This document shows, one piece after another, positions 9,146 to 17,445 of a DNA stretch of 64,000 bases. The position numbers and the translations under genes are program-made. Within the stretch, counting starts at the first letter, position 1. Every line of letters starts with the position of its first letter. The notes beneath the pieces are model-generated. The model saw only the letters and a program-made list of their open reading frames with translations. It was not told where the DNA came from and searched no databases. The stretch is from an uncultured Nitrososphaerota archaeon (GTDB taxonomy: Archaea > Thermoproteota > Nitrososphaeria > Nitrososphaerales > Nitrosopumilaceae). The stretch is from NCBI GenBank assembly GCA_963701075.1, contig OY969559.1, positions 160,001-224,000 on the forward strand. The letters run 5' to 3'.

Positions 9146-10021
9146 CTACTTTATCTCTTCTATAAACAGATCAAGGCCTTTTTCTATAGTCATTGGCTTT
9201 TCCTTGAGAAGCGATGCTGCTTTTGATATATCAAGTGACGAATCTTTTGGCCTCTTGGCAGTCCAGTTCATGTCTGCCATATTGGTTGGCCTCAATAGTT
9301 TTTTGTCAAGGCCTAGCTTGTCTGCAACCATCTCTGCCATGTCGTATCTTGAGATTCGTGTTGCCCCCGATACGTGAAGTATTCCCTGAATCTTTCTAGA
9401 AGATATCTCAATTAACATTCTTGACAGATTTGGCACATATGTTGGAGATGTGTACTGGTCAGTTATGATATCAAGTGGGGTTTTTGCCCTGAGATTTTCT
9501 GCAATAAATATTGGAAAACTCTTCTTCTTTGGATGTATTCCGTATGGCGTGCTAGTTCTTGCTATACACCACTTTGTTGCAATCTCTTTTACTGCACTCT
9601 CGCCTTCTAGCTTTGATCTTCCATAATGATCAATTGGCTCGGTATTGTCGGATTCTTTTTTCATCCCATTTTCTCCGTCAAAGACGTAATCTGTTGATAC
9701 GTATACAAGAAATGCCCCTAGCTTTGTTGCCTGCTCAGCTATGATTGCAGTTGACTTGGAATTAATCTTTGTAGCAAGATCTTTTTGTGTCTCGCACAGG
9801 TCAACATTTGTCATTGCAGCCAGATGAATTATCACATCGGGCTTGGTTGACTCTACAACCTTGATGATAGCGTCTTGGCTTGTCAGGTCAAGCTGCGTTG
9901 CAATTCCATCTTCTGGCTTTGAATTATTGTAACAGGAATAGACGTGTGTGTATGATTGTAGAAGGTCCTTTACGACCTGCCTTCCTACAAGACCTGCTGA
10001 ACCTGTTACTAGAAATTTCAT
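9146..10021 (-). CDS. rfbD: dTDP-4-dehydrorhamnose reductase
   Basis: TGSAGLVG, STDYVFDG, YGRSK, DQYTSPT, RP.DSSL motifs. Confidence 0.93.
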   Translation of the reverse strand: MKFLVTGSAGLVGRQVVKDLLQSYTHVYSCYNNSKPEDGIATQLDLTSQDAIIKVVESTKPDVIIHLAAMTNVDLCETQKDLATKINSKSTAIIAEQATKLGAFLVYVSTDYVFDGENGMKKESDNTEPIDHYGRSKLEGESAVKEIATKWCIARTSTPYGIHPKKKSFPIFIAENLRAKTPLDIITDQYTSPTYVPNLSRMLIEISSRKIQGILHVSGATRISRYDMAEMVADKLGLDKKLLRPTNMADMNWTAKRPKDSSLDISKAASLLKEKPMTIEKGLDLFIEEIK

Positions 10022-10123
10022 CTTCGATTCACTCCATACCATAATCAAAAAACATGTTTTATTTCTTGTCTACGAGTTGTTTTGATGTGTTATTTCTTGT
10101 GTTTTGTTTGAATGCTAATCTTA

Positions 10124-11403
10124 GGTTCTGTCAACTTGATGGCTCATGGCAGGCATTGTAAACTTCTTGAGATATATCACAATTACCTGCTCTTTTAAGA
10201 AGATCAAAGATATCAAAAGCCTACCGTGTTATCAGTCAAATGTGTAACACAGAACCATCGCTGTGCCGAGATTGTACCAGTGATGAAGGATTTCAGGTCT
10301 GTTGTAAACGATGCAATAAAGCTGGGTATCGAACATAACATTACTTCGAGATTTAAACTACGAAGCCTGGTCTATCCAAGGTTTAACAAGATGATGTATT
10401 CTGGATATGTCTATACCGCAATTTGGAAGGCTTGTGCCATGCTCAAAAACTATCGCAGAACAAAAAAGAAGAATGCTCATGCCAGGATACCTGTCATGAA
10501 AAGTCACATCCTTGTAATTGATAACCAGAGATACGAGATAATCCACAACCATCTCAAGTTTCCAGTCAGGCCTAGGCAGTTTGTATACATTCCTCTCAAT
10601 CACTACGTTTGTAAAATTTTACTGCAACCAGGTCTGAAACTTGGTGAGGTTACATTAACTGAAGAAAAACTCTTCATATCTTATACAAAAGTGATATCCA
10701 AAAAGGAGCCAAAGGGATACATTGGAATTGACATGAACCTTGAGAACGCAACTGGCACAGATGAAAGCGGCACCACTACAATAGTAGACACATCTGATAT
10801 TGTATCAATGAAAGCAAAATACAGAGATGTACTGTCGCACTTTACAAGAAATGATGCCAAGATACAAAAGAGACTCAAACAAAAATATGGCAAGAAACAA
10901 AAAAACAAAGAAGATACATTCCTGCACCAGAAATCAAAGGAGATTGTATCACAAGGCAGGCAGGTCATAATGGAGAATCTCACCGGAATAAGAAGATTGT
11001 ACAGAAAAGGAAATGGTCAGGGAAAAAGGTTTAGGTTCAGACTAAACTCGTGGTCAAGATTCAAGTTGCAAAAGATGATAGAGTACAAGTCAGTTGATTG
11101 TAACGGCCTTGAAGTGATTTACATAAAACCAAATGGGACTTCATCGAGGTGTGCGACATGTGGGTCAAAACTAGTACCCGAAGAGCACCGAATGATGAGA
11201 TGTCCCTCCTGTCGTGTTACCACAGACAGGGACAAAAATGCCAGCAAGAATATTCTGGCTAGAGGCTTGGCAATGCTGGAACAGAAAGAACCAGCACGGT
11301 TCGAGCCTGACGCAGTGCAAGGTGAAGCGATGAAGCAGTTCAAAGATGTGGAGCAGATTGCACCGAGTCTACTTGTTGGACGAGCCATCAAGTTGACAGA
11401 ACC
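10124..11403 (+). mobile_element. Non-autonomous TIR-bounded element carrying only tnpB
   Basis: Perfect 25-bp inverted repeat 10121-10145 / 11382-11406; flanking direct repeat TAATCTT(A/G) at 10116-10123 and 11404-11411; exact ends ambiguous by 1 nt. Confidence 0.85.
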
Positions 11404-11416
11404 TAATCTTGTGTGA
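10226..11416 (+). CDS. tnpB: TnpB RNA-guided endonuclease (IS200/IS605 OrfB family)
   Basis: RuvC-I GIDMN, RuvC-II IMENL, zinc finger CATC..CPSC, RuvC-III DRDKNAS. Confidence 0.93.
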   Translation: MLSVKCVTQNHRCAEIVPVMKDFRSVVNDAIKLGIEHNITSRFKLRSLVYPRFNKMMYSGYVYTAIWKACAMLKNYRRTKKKNAHARIPVMKSHILVIDNQRYEIIHNHLKFPVRPRQFVYIPLNHYVCKILLQPGLKLGEVTLTEEKLFISYTKVISKKEPKGYIGIDMNLENATGTDESGTTTIVDTSDIVSMKAKYRDVLSHFTRNDAKIQKRLKQKYGKKQKNKEDTFLHQKSKEIVSQGRQVIMENLTGIRRLYRKGNGQGKRFRFRLNSWSRFKLQKMIEYKSVDCNGLEVIYIKPNGTSSRCATCGSKLVPEEHRMMRCPSCRVTTDRDKNASKNILARGLAMLEQKEPARFEPDAVQGEAMKQFKDVEQIAPSLLVGRAIKLTEPNLV

Positions 11417-11713
11417 CTCGTCAGCAATCTTTTGCGAGATGTAATCAACATTTTTTCGCATGCCCTGAACTACTGGACTGTCCATATTAATCGAGTAAAG
11501 CTTGGCGTTTGCGATCTTCCGGTTTACCCTAATCATTCCAAATTCAACGAGATTGTCAAAGTACTTGTAAAACGTAGTCTTGCTCATGCCTAGTGCCTCA
11601 ATTATCTCCTTTTGCATAAAGTCATTTTTTGGAAAGTCCATAAGATAAGACAGGATCTTCATCTGGGGCGAGCTGCCATAGGCCCTAAGAAGAAGGGGAG
11701 ATGATTCCGACAT
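11369..11713 (-). CDS. Winged-HTH protein; native C-terminus displaced by the TnpB element
   Basis: wHTH pattern (EIIEALGMSKTTFYKYF..LVEFG); native tail ISIQTKHKK* lies at 10090-10119. Confidence 0.75.
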   Translation of the reverse strand: MSESSPLLLRAYGSSPQMKILSYLMDFPKNDFMQKEIIEALGMSKTTFYKYFDNLVEFGMIRVNRKIANAKLYSINMDSPVVQGMRKNVDYISQKIADESHKIRFCQLDGSSNK

Positions 11714-11777
11714 GGTTTTATCTTCCTCTAAAAAGTATTTAAATCATAACTTTAGAAGGTATCATAAGTGTACCTAG

Positions 11778-12059
11778 TTGAAGGCTACGTTTACTGATGA
11801 CCAGCTACGCGCCCAGATCCTATACTATCTATGGAACCAGGGAAGCTGGTCTGAAATCTATACAAATATTGACAAGATGGTAAGAAGATTGGGAAATGTT
11901 GTAAAGAACAACGGAAAGAATACAATGAAAAAGGTGGAAGACCTTGTCAAATGGAACTGGGTTTTACCGCGCAAAAATTGGGATACGGTTTCATTGAATC
12001 CAATATTCAAGTCTCAAATTAGCCAGTACATAGGGTTACACTTGATTGGACAATCATAA
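11778..12059 (+). CDS. Hypothetical protein, divergent partner of the wHTH gene
   Basis: 93-aa ORF with W..I.T...VSLNP pattern. Confidence 0.6.
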   Translation: MKATFTDDQLRAQILYYLWNQGSWSEIYTNIDKMVRRLGNVVKNNGKNTMKKVEDLVKWNWVLPRKNWDTVSLNPIFKSQISQYIGLHLIGQS

Positions 12060-12072
12060 TGTCGTTTTTTGG

Positions 12073-12117
12073 TTGCCTTCCGACAAGTCCTGCAGAGCCT
12101 GTTACAAGAAATTTCAT
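12073..12117 (-). pseudogene. Displaced rfbD 5' fragment (copy 2)
   Basis: Encodes MKFLVTGSAGLVGRQ, identical in protein to the rfbD start, with synonymous differences. Confidence 0.9.
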
Positions 12118-12161
12118 ATTTGATTACCTGCCTTACCATTTAGAACCAGCGTATTGTATAC

Positions 12162-12485
12162 CTACAGTTTGATAGCCGCATCCCATCTCTTCTTTGCGGT
12201 CGGGCTTGCGTAAATCCATACTATCGAACCATCTTTGTCAAGCAATACCTTATTTGACTTTTCAAGATAACGCAAAATAACATTAAGAACTGGTGGCCTC
12301 ATGGTGACATCTAACTTCTTTACCAATTGTGCTTTAGAGTCAAACTCTTTGTACTCTGCAAGAAGCTGTTCGACTTTTAGAATATTTTTTAACGTAGGGT
12401 TATACTTTTGAATGCTTTTGTGCATGTCGTCTCTTGATTCCAAACCTGGATTGTGTTTTGCTACAAATACTGTCTTTGGTTTCAT
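12162..12485 (-). CDS. Putative wHTH-like antitoxin
   Basis: PTL..IL.VE...ILRYLEKSNKV...IVWI pattern; downstream of a RelE-like gene. Confidence 0.6.
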   Translation of the reverse strand: MKPKTVFVAKHNPGLESRDDMHKSIQKYNPTLKNILKVEQLLAEYKEFDSKAQLVKKLDVTMRPPVLNVILRYLEKSNKVLLDKDGSIVWIYASPTAKKRWDAAIKL

Positions 12486-12536
12486 GGTATACAATGCATT
12501 GCATACTTCTTGTATATATGTACGTACATTTATGTA

Positions 12537-12857
12537 TCAATAGCCAAATCTCTTATTGTATTTTTCATGATCGAATAATTCCATTAAAAGGGCTTTTTTC
12601 TCATTGTGTATTGCAGTTATACCATAAATCAAACGCCAATGGCCGGGCAGGTCTACCTTGAAGACGGCATTAACATCGTGTCTTTTGAGATAGTGTTTTG
12701 GAATCTGTTCTCGTTTTAGGCGAACCCCGACTATTTTATCACTTTTCAAATTACTAATGATCTCTTTTACAACCTTGTACAACGCATCATCTTTGTCAAG
12801 TGCATCATAGACAGGCATAAAGTCATCAGGATCTCCTCCTACTTCCATTCCCATCAC
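12537..12857 (-). CDS. Putative RelE-like toxin
   Basis: IPKHY...VFKVDLPGHWRLIY...ELFDHEKYNKRFGY. Confidence 0.65.
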   Translation of the reverse strand: MMGMEVGGDPDDFMPVYDALDKDDALYKVVKEIISNLKSDKIVGVRLKREQIPKHYLKRHDVNAVFKVDLPGHWRLIYGITAIHNEKKALLMELFDHEKYNKRFGY

Positions 12858-12872
12858 ATAACTTGACAGAGA

Positions 12873-12968
12873 TTAAAACTTGATACTCAGCTGTTTAGAT
12901 CTTGTTTTGAGGTCTTGTATGACCTGCCTTCCGACAAGTCCCGCAGAGCCTGTTACAAGAAATTTCAT
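12873..12968 (-). pseudogene. Displaced rfbD 5' fragment (copy 3)
   Basis: Encodes MKFLVTGSAGLVGRQVIQDL then diverges to a stop after 31 aa; 45/46 nt identical to copy 2. Confidence 0.9.
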
Positions 12969-13026
12969 ATATCATTTACACCAAAGGACTTGTTTTTAAA
13001 ATCAGATCATATACTTGCAACTTTTT

Positions 13027-13483
13027 TTACCTGAATATCTCATCTTTGTTCTTTATTATAGTATGTTCCTCTTTTTCTATGCTGTTAACAAGTTGCCTTG
13101 CCTCATTTCTTGTGACTACATCATCCTTGATTGCAAGCCTCAATATCCTTGGTAGCGAAAAATAATTCATGTTATCTCCCTTGCACAATCTATGCACTAT
13201 CTTTTCATTGCTTGCAAGTGGAATATTTCGGTTCTTTGCTATAACATAGCATTCTTTTTCTCCCTTGTCAAGCTTCACTGTATGCATACTTTAGATCCTT
13301 TAACTCACCGGTTGTTAATTGAACAAACTCAGGACCAAGCTTCTTGATCTCTATTTTTCCTTCCGCAAGTTCAACCTTTACTGATGGTGGTACAATAATA
13401 GCTTCAAAAAGTTTGTTTAATATATCAAGCCTCCCAATTCTTGCAAAAATGCTCAGCATGTCTGTATCGACAACAATCTTCAT
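13027..13483 (-). CDS. PIN-domain toxin (DUF3368-like), apparent +1 frameshift near 13271-13275
   Basis: IVVDTDMLS N-terminus and LDKGE.EC...ASNE C-half in different frames; one-base removal gives 151 aa. Confidence 0.8.
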
Positions 13484-13486
13484 TCA

Positions 13487-13807
13487 TTACCTGCTCTTGA
13501 TCTTTTCAATCACACTGTCCATCTTTGACGCGCTTTCTGCTTCTATTACCCTCTTGATGCCGTACTCTTTTAGTTTCTCCTTGAATTCTATTATGCCAAC
13601 ATCTGCAATCTCGGCTGCCTTGCCAAGGGTGACCTCTCCCTTTTTGTATAGTCCCACTGCAGCTGCAAGTCTTAGGTTCTTTTTATTGCTGAACATGTAT
13701 CTGAGGGCGTCCTTGACAACATCGGACTTGCTTGAATAATACCCTGATTTGACCAGCTCGTCTATTTCCTTCTTGACTATTTCTGGCAGGTTGTAGCTTG
13801 AAGGCAT
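13487..13807 (-). CDS. Ribbon-helix-helix + UPF0175-type antitoxin
   Basis: LVKSGYYSSKSDVVKDALR and LYKKGEVTLGKAAEIA motifs. Confidence 0.8.
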   Translation of the reverse strand: MPSSYNLPEIVKKEIDELVKSGYYSSKSDVVKDALRYMFSNKKNLRLAAAVGLYKKGEVTLGKAAEIADVGIIEFKEKLKEYGIKRVIEAESASKMDSVIEKIKSR

Positions 13808-13913
13808 ACAATGTATTGATAACTATTATCATAAATAACTATCGGTTCTTGTGATCCGGCTTGCGTCATCTGGATCTGCCTATATAACCCTCCCAGGAGT
13901 TAGCGTTCTCTTT

Positions 13914-14912
13914 TTACCAGTTTACAGTCCAGGGTTGGGGATGAAGTGTCTTTTCATCTGCAAGTGGCTCCCACCAAGACTTGTTGTTTTGATACCATGA
14001 TACGGTTTCCTGCAATGCTTGGTCAAACTGGTATCTAGGCTTCCATCCCGTTGCCTTCATTATTTTCGATGCATCAATGGAATACCTCTTGTCGTGTCCC
14101 GGCCTGTCGCCTACGTTTTCTATGATATCAAGTGGTTTTTTCATCTGGTTGAGTATTTTTTCAACTATGATTCTGTTTGTAATCTCGTTCCATGCTGTGA
14201 TGTTATAGACCTCGCCTGACTTGCCCTTTTCTATTAGCTCGTCAATTGCCTGTACATGGTCAAGAACATAGATCCAGCTTCTGATCTGGTTTCCTGAACC
14301 ATAGAGTGGAACTTTGAGGTTCTTGGAAGCTCGAATTATTGTCTTTGGGATTAGCTTCTCTGGAAATTGATTAGGTCCAAAGTTGTTGGTGCATCTTGTA
14401 GTGATGCATTTTATGCCGTATGTCCTATGGTAAGATTCCACTAGGAGATCAGCTGATGCCTTTGTGGCTGAATAGGGATTGCTTGGCTTGAGGATATCGT
14501 GCTCTGTAAATGATTCCTTGTTCTCTGCATCGCCGTAAATCTCGTCAGTTGATACATGTATGAACAGCTTGTCGTGTCTTCTTGCTGCCTCTAGGATGGA
14601 ATATGTTCCCAAGACATTTGTCTCTATGAATGGTTTTGGGTTTGATATGGAACGGTCAACGTGGGTCTCTGCTGCAAAGTTTACTATCACATCTGATTCC
14701 TTTGCAAGTTTGTTTATGTTATCTTGCGATCTGATGTCGTCTTTGATGAAAGAATAATTTGGATTCTTTTCTACCTCTTTTAGGTTTTCTAAATTGGAAC
14801 CAATTGTCAGGCTGTCAAGATTTACTATGGTATCTTTTGGATTATTTTTAAGGTGGTTTCTGATATGCGCACTTCCAATAAAGCCTGCCCCGCCACAAAC
14901 TAGAAGTTTCAC
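13914..14912 (-). CDS. rfbB: dTDP-glucose 4,6-dehydratase
   Basis: GGAGFIGS, AAETHVDRSI, STDE.YG, PYSATK, DRPGHD.RY. Confidence 0.95.
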   Translation of the reverse strand: MKLLVCGGAGFIGSAHIRNHLKNNPKDTIVNLDSLTIGSNLENLKEVEKNPNYSFIKDDIRSQDNINKLAKESDVIVNFAAETHVDRSISNPKPFIETNVLGTYSILEAARRHDKLFIHVSTDEIYGDAENKESFTEHDILKPSNPYSATKASADLLVESYHRTYGIKCITTRCTNNFGPNQFPEKLIPKTIIRASKNLKVPLYGSGNQIRSWIYVLDHVQAIDELIEKGKSGEVYNITAWNEITNRIIVEKILNQMKKPLDIIENVGDRPGHDKRYSIDASKIMKATGWKPRYQFDQALQETVSWYQNNKSWWEPLADEKTLHPQPWTVNW

Positions 14913-15002
14913 ATCTTGGAGAATCCAATCTTATTATTTATTCTAATCTGGCGTTTTATCGGTATACGAAGTTGTTGCCTGTGTTTTTCAAGCTAGTTTG
15001 TA

Positions 15003-16411
15003 TTATTTTTCACTTGATTTTTTCATTTTATCAACGATATCATCATACTTCCTAAGTAATCTCCAAGTAAAACTTTGATGTATATCATCTAACGAGGATT
15101 GCAAGCTGGTGATTTGTAGATCTTTATCTGCAATAGCTTTGTTATAGTTCTCTAACGAGGATTGCAAGCTGGTGATTTGTAGATCTTTATCGGTAATAGC
15201 TTTGTTATAGTTCTCTAACGAGGATTGCAAGCTGGTGATTTGTAGATCTTTATCGGTAATAGACTTTGTTATAGTTCTCTAACGAGGATTGCAAGACTGG
15301 TGATTTGCAGATCTTTATCGGTAATAGCTTTGTTATAGTTCTCTAACGAGGATTGCAGACTGGTGATTTGCAGATCTTTATCGGTAATAGCTTTGTTATA
15401 GTTCTCTAACGAGGATTGCAAGCTGGTGATTTGCAGATAAAGATCTGCAATAGCTTTGTTATAATACATAAGTAGCCTCAGTAAACGTTCTAATGAGTCG
15501 TTTTGTGTGAATTGAATTACCTTTGTCGATAAAAACTCAGATTGCTCTGTGGAATTTGATAGATAGTATTTCTTAACATCATAACCTAATTTTATCATCA
15601 ATTCACCAGTTATCTTGATGATTTCTGAAATCTCCTCCTTTGAGAGGTATTCAGAATATTGATTTAGTGAAGATGTATGAATTGGTAATCTTGGATCAGT
15701 TTTTCCAATTGCGAGTCCCGTTTCATCTAATTCCGGATGAAGAAGTTTTTCATGTTTTAGAACCGCATCTTCCCAAGATACATCCAAGAAATTCAAAATG
15801 GTAGATATGGTAGGAATGGGTTTTGTAACGAGATTCTCGTAAAACACCAGAATTATCTGAGATGTCTTATTTGCATAATTGTAATATGATGATGTTTTTA
15901 TTTTCCAATATATTGCTCCTGCCACAGTTGCCTTAAATTTCGTGTTTTCAAGCAATCGAATCTCTTCGCGATAGATATTATCAAAGTCTGGAATAGTTTT
16001 TCTCCAAAAGTCGATAGTGCTTTCAGCCCATATTTCTAACCAAGATTTACTTCCCTGATCCAATTTTTTCATAGAAGCAATAGTATCCAGTGGATTTCTG
16101 ACCAAGAAGATCATAGGAATATTACTATAATGGTTCACCATTCCCAGAAAATCTGCTCCAGCATCTGCAATAAATGGTTCTAAGAATTGTTCTGTGATTC
16201 TGGGAGTTTTAAACCCCAACCACTTTTTTGCTTGATTAATCTTTAATTCTTTATTCAATAATTCAGTTTCTCTAAGAATAGAATAAGATCTTAATTCATC
16301 AACACATGAAATCATTGAGTGACTTTCCAAAACTAGTCGCATTAATGTAGTGCCACTTCTCTGACAGCCAATAATGAAAAATATTTTGGGAAGATTTTTT
16401 TCTATCAACAT
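15003..16411 (-). CDS. Sulfotransferase with C-terminal tandem-repeat coiled coil (two apparent +1 frameshifts)
   Basis: GCQRSGTT and RNP.D.IAS PAPS-binding motifs; removing inserted bases at ~15263 and ~15296 gives one 468-aa ORF. Confidence 0.85.
15088..15462 (-). repeat. 63-bp coding tandem repeat, about 6 copies (SSLENYNKAITDKDLQITSLQ)
   Basis: Units start at 15088, 15151, 15214, 15278, 15342, 15405. Confidence 0.95.
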
Positions 16412-16568
16412 GCATAATTTTAATTTTATATAATATAAGTCAATTCTGTAAAGATAATGCTTGTATTTAAAATCGTGTTACTAAGAAATTTTGTGAAAAT
16501 TAATCGTAGAATTAATTGAATTTGGTTAGATGGGACATACCTGCGATTTATTTTAATCTAGAAATAAT

Positions 16569-17126
16569 TTATTCATAGACAAAATTGTTGTCTGCATTTT
16601 TTAAGGTAGGTAATTGCAGATCCTTTTTTATCATGATTGGCTTGTCTGTTGGCCACTTGATAGCTATGTCTTGATCGTTCCAGAGTATTCCTCTCTCATG
16701 CTCTGGAGAATATTCAGAGTTTACCTTGTAGAGTACGTCTGCTTTCTCACTTGTCACGCAAAATCCATGTGCAAAGCCCTCTGGGATATACAGTAGGTTA
16801 TGATTTTTGTCTGAAAGTATCTGGCTTACCCATCTTCCATATGTGGGCGAGCCTTTGCGGATATCAACTACAACATCAAATATTTCCCCTCTTGTTACCA
16901 TCACTAGCTTTGCCTGTGCTTTTGGATCCTTTTGATAATGCAGTCCTCGTATGACTCCTTTGACTGAATGGGAATAATTGTCTTGAACGAATTTTGTGTT
17001 TATTCCGTTTGCGCTGAAAATAGACTCTTTGAAGCTCTCCATGAAAAGGCCTCTCTCGTCTGAAAATGCTCTAGATTCCACAAGTATCACTTCAGGAATG
17101 CTTAGTTTTTTGAATCCAAATGGCAT
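16569..17126 (-). CDS. rfbC: dTDP-4-dehydrorhamnose 3,5-epimerase
   Basis: DERG.F.E, FVQDN.S.S..GV.RGLH, PEGFAHGF. Confidence 0.95.
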   Translation of the reverse strand: MPFGFKKLSIPEVILVESRAFSDERGLFMESFKESIFSANGINTKFVQDNYSHSVKGVIRGLHYQKDPKAQAKLVMVTRGEIFDVVVDIRKGSPTYGRWVSQILSDKNHNLLYIPEGFAHGFCVTSEKADVLYKVNSEYSPEHERGILWNDQDIAIKWPTDKPIMIKKDLQLPTLKNADNNFVYE

Positions 17127-17445
17127 AGCTAAAGCTAAAGAGATAAGATAATAGATTTTTCGCCAAAAATTGATCTGTTTAGGGCAATATCTTGGCTGTC
17201 TATCAATTTTTGGGTTGCCAGATTACAGGACATTGCACTGATTCCCTCTTTTACACTTTCAATTAGATTTTATGGTTTTGAAGATAATATGAGACTTTTC
17301 CCAGTAGACCTTCGTGTTCCAACTAGACCGGCAAAAACAAGGGAAGATCATTGTAACCATAAAAACATCCGCTAGACCATAGAGAACAAAGTTAGTCAAC
17401 AAAGTTACTGAATTCCTATATGTAAAAAAATCAATATGTATTATT

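Noticed and set aside
10226-11416. TnpB as a Cas12f/type V CRISPR effector
   Set aside because: No CRISPR array or cas1/cas2 nearby; it lies inside a small mobile element
12860-12871. AACTTGACAGAG as another TIR copy
   Set aside because: Only about 8 contiguous bases match and the terminal ACC is missing; likely chance
15088-15462. 63-bp repeat array as a CRISPR array
   Set aside because: No unique spacers; units are contiguous, multiples of three and encode a coiled coil; no cas genes
17262-17375. Possible glycosyltransferase relic (IRFYGFEDN...)
   Set aside because: Similarity too short to support without a search
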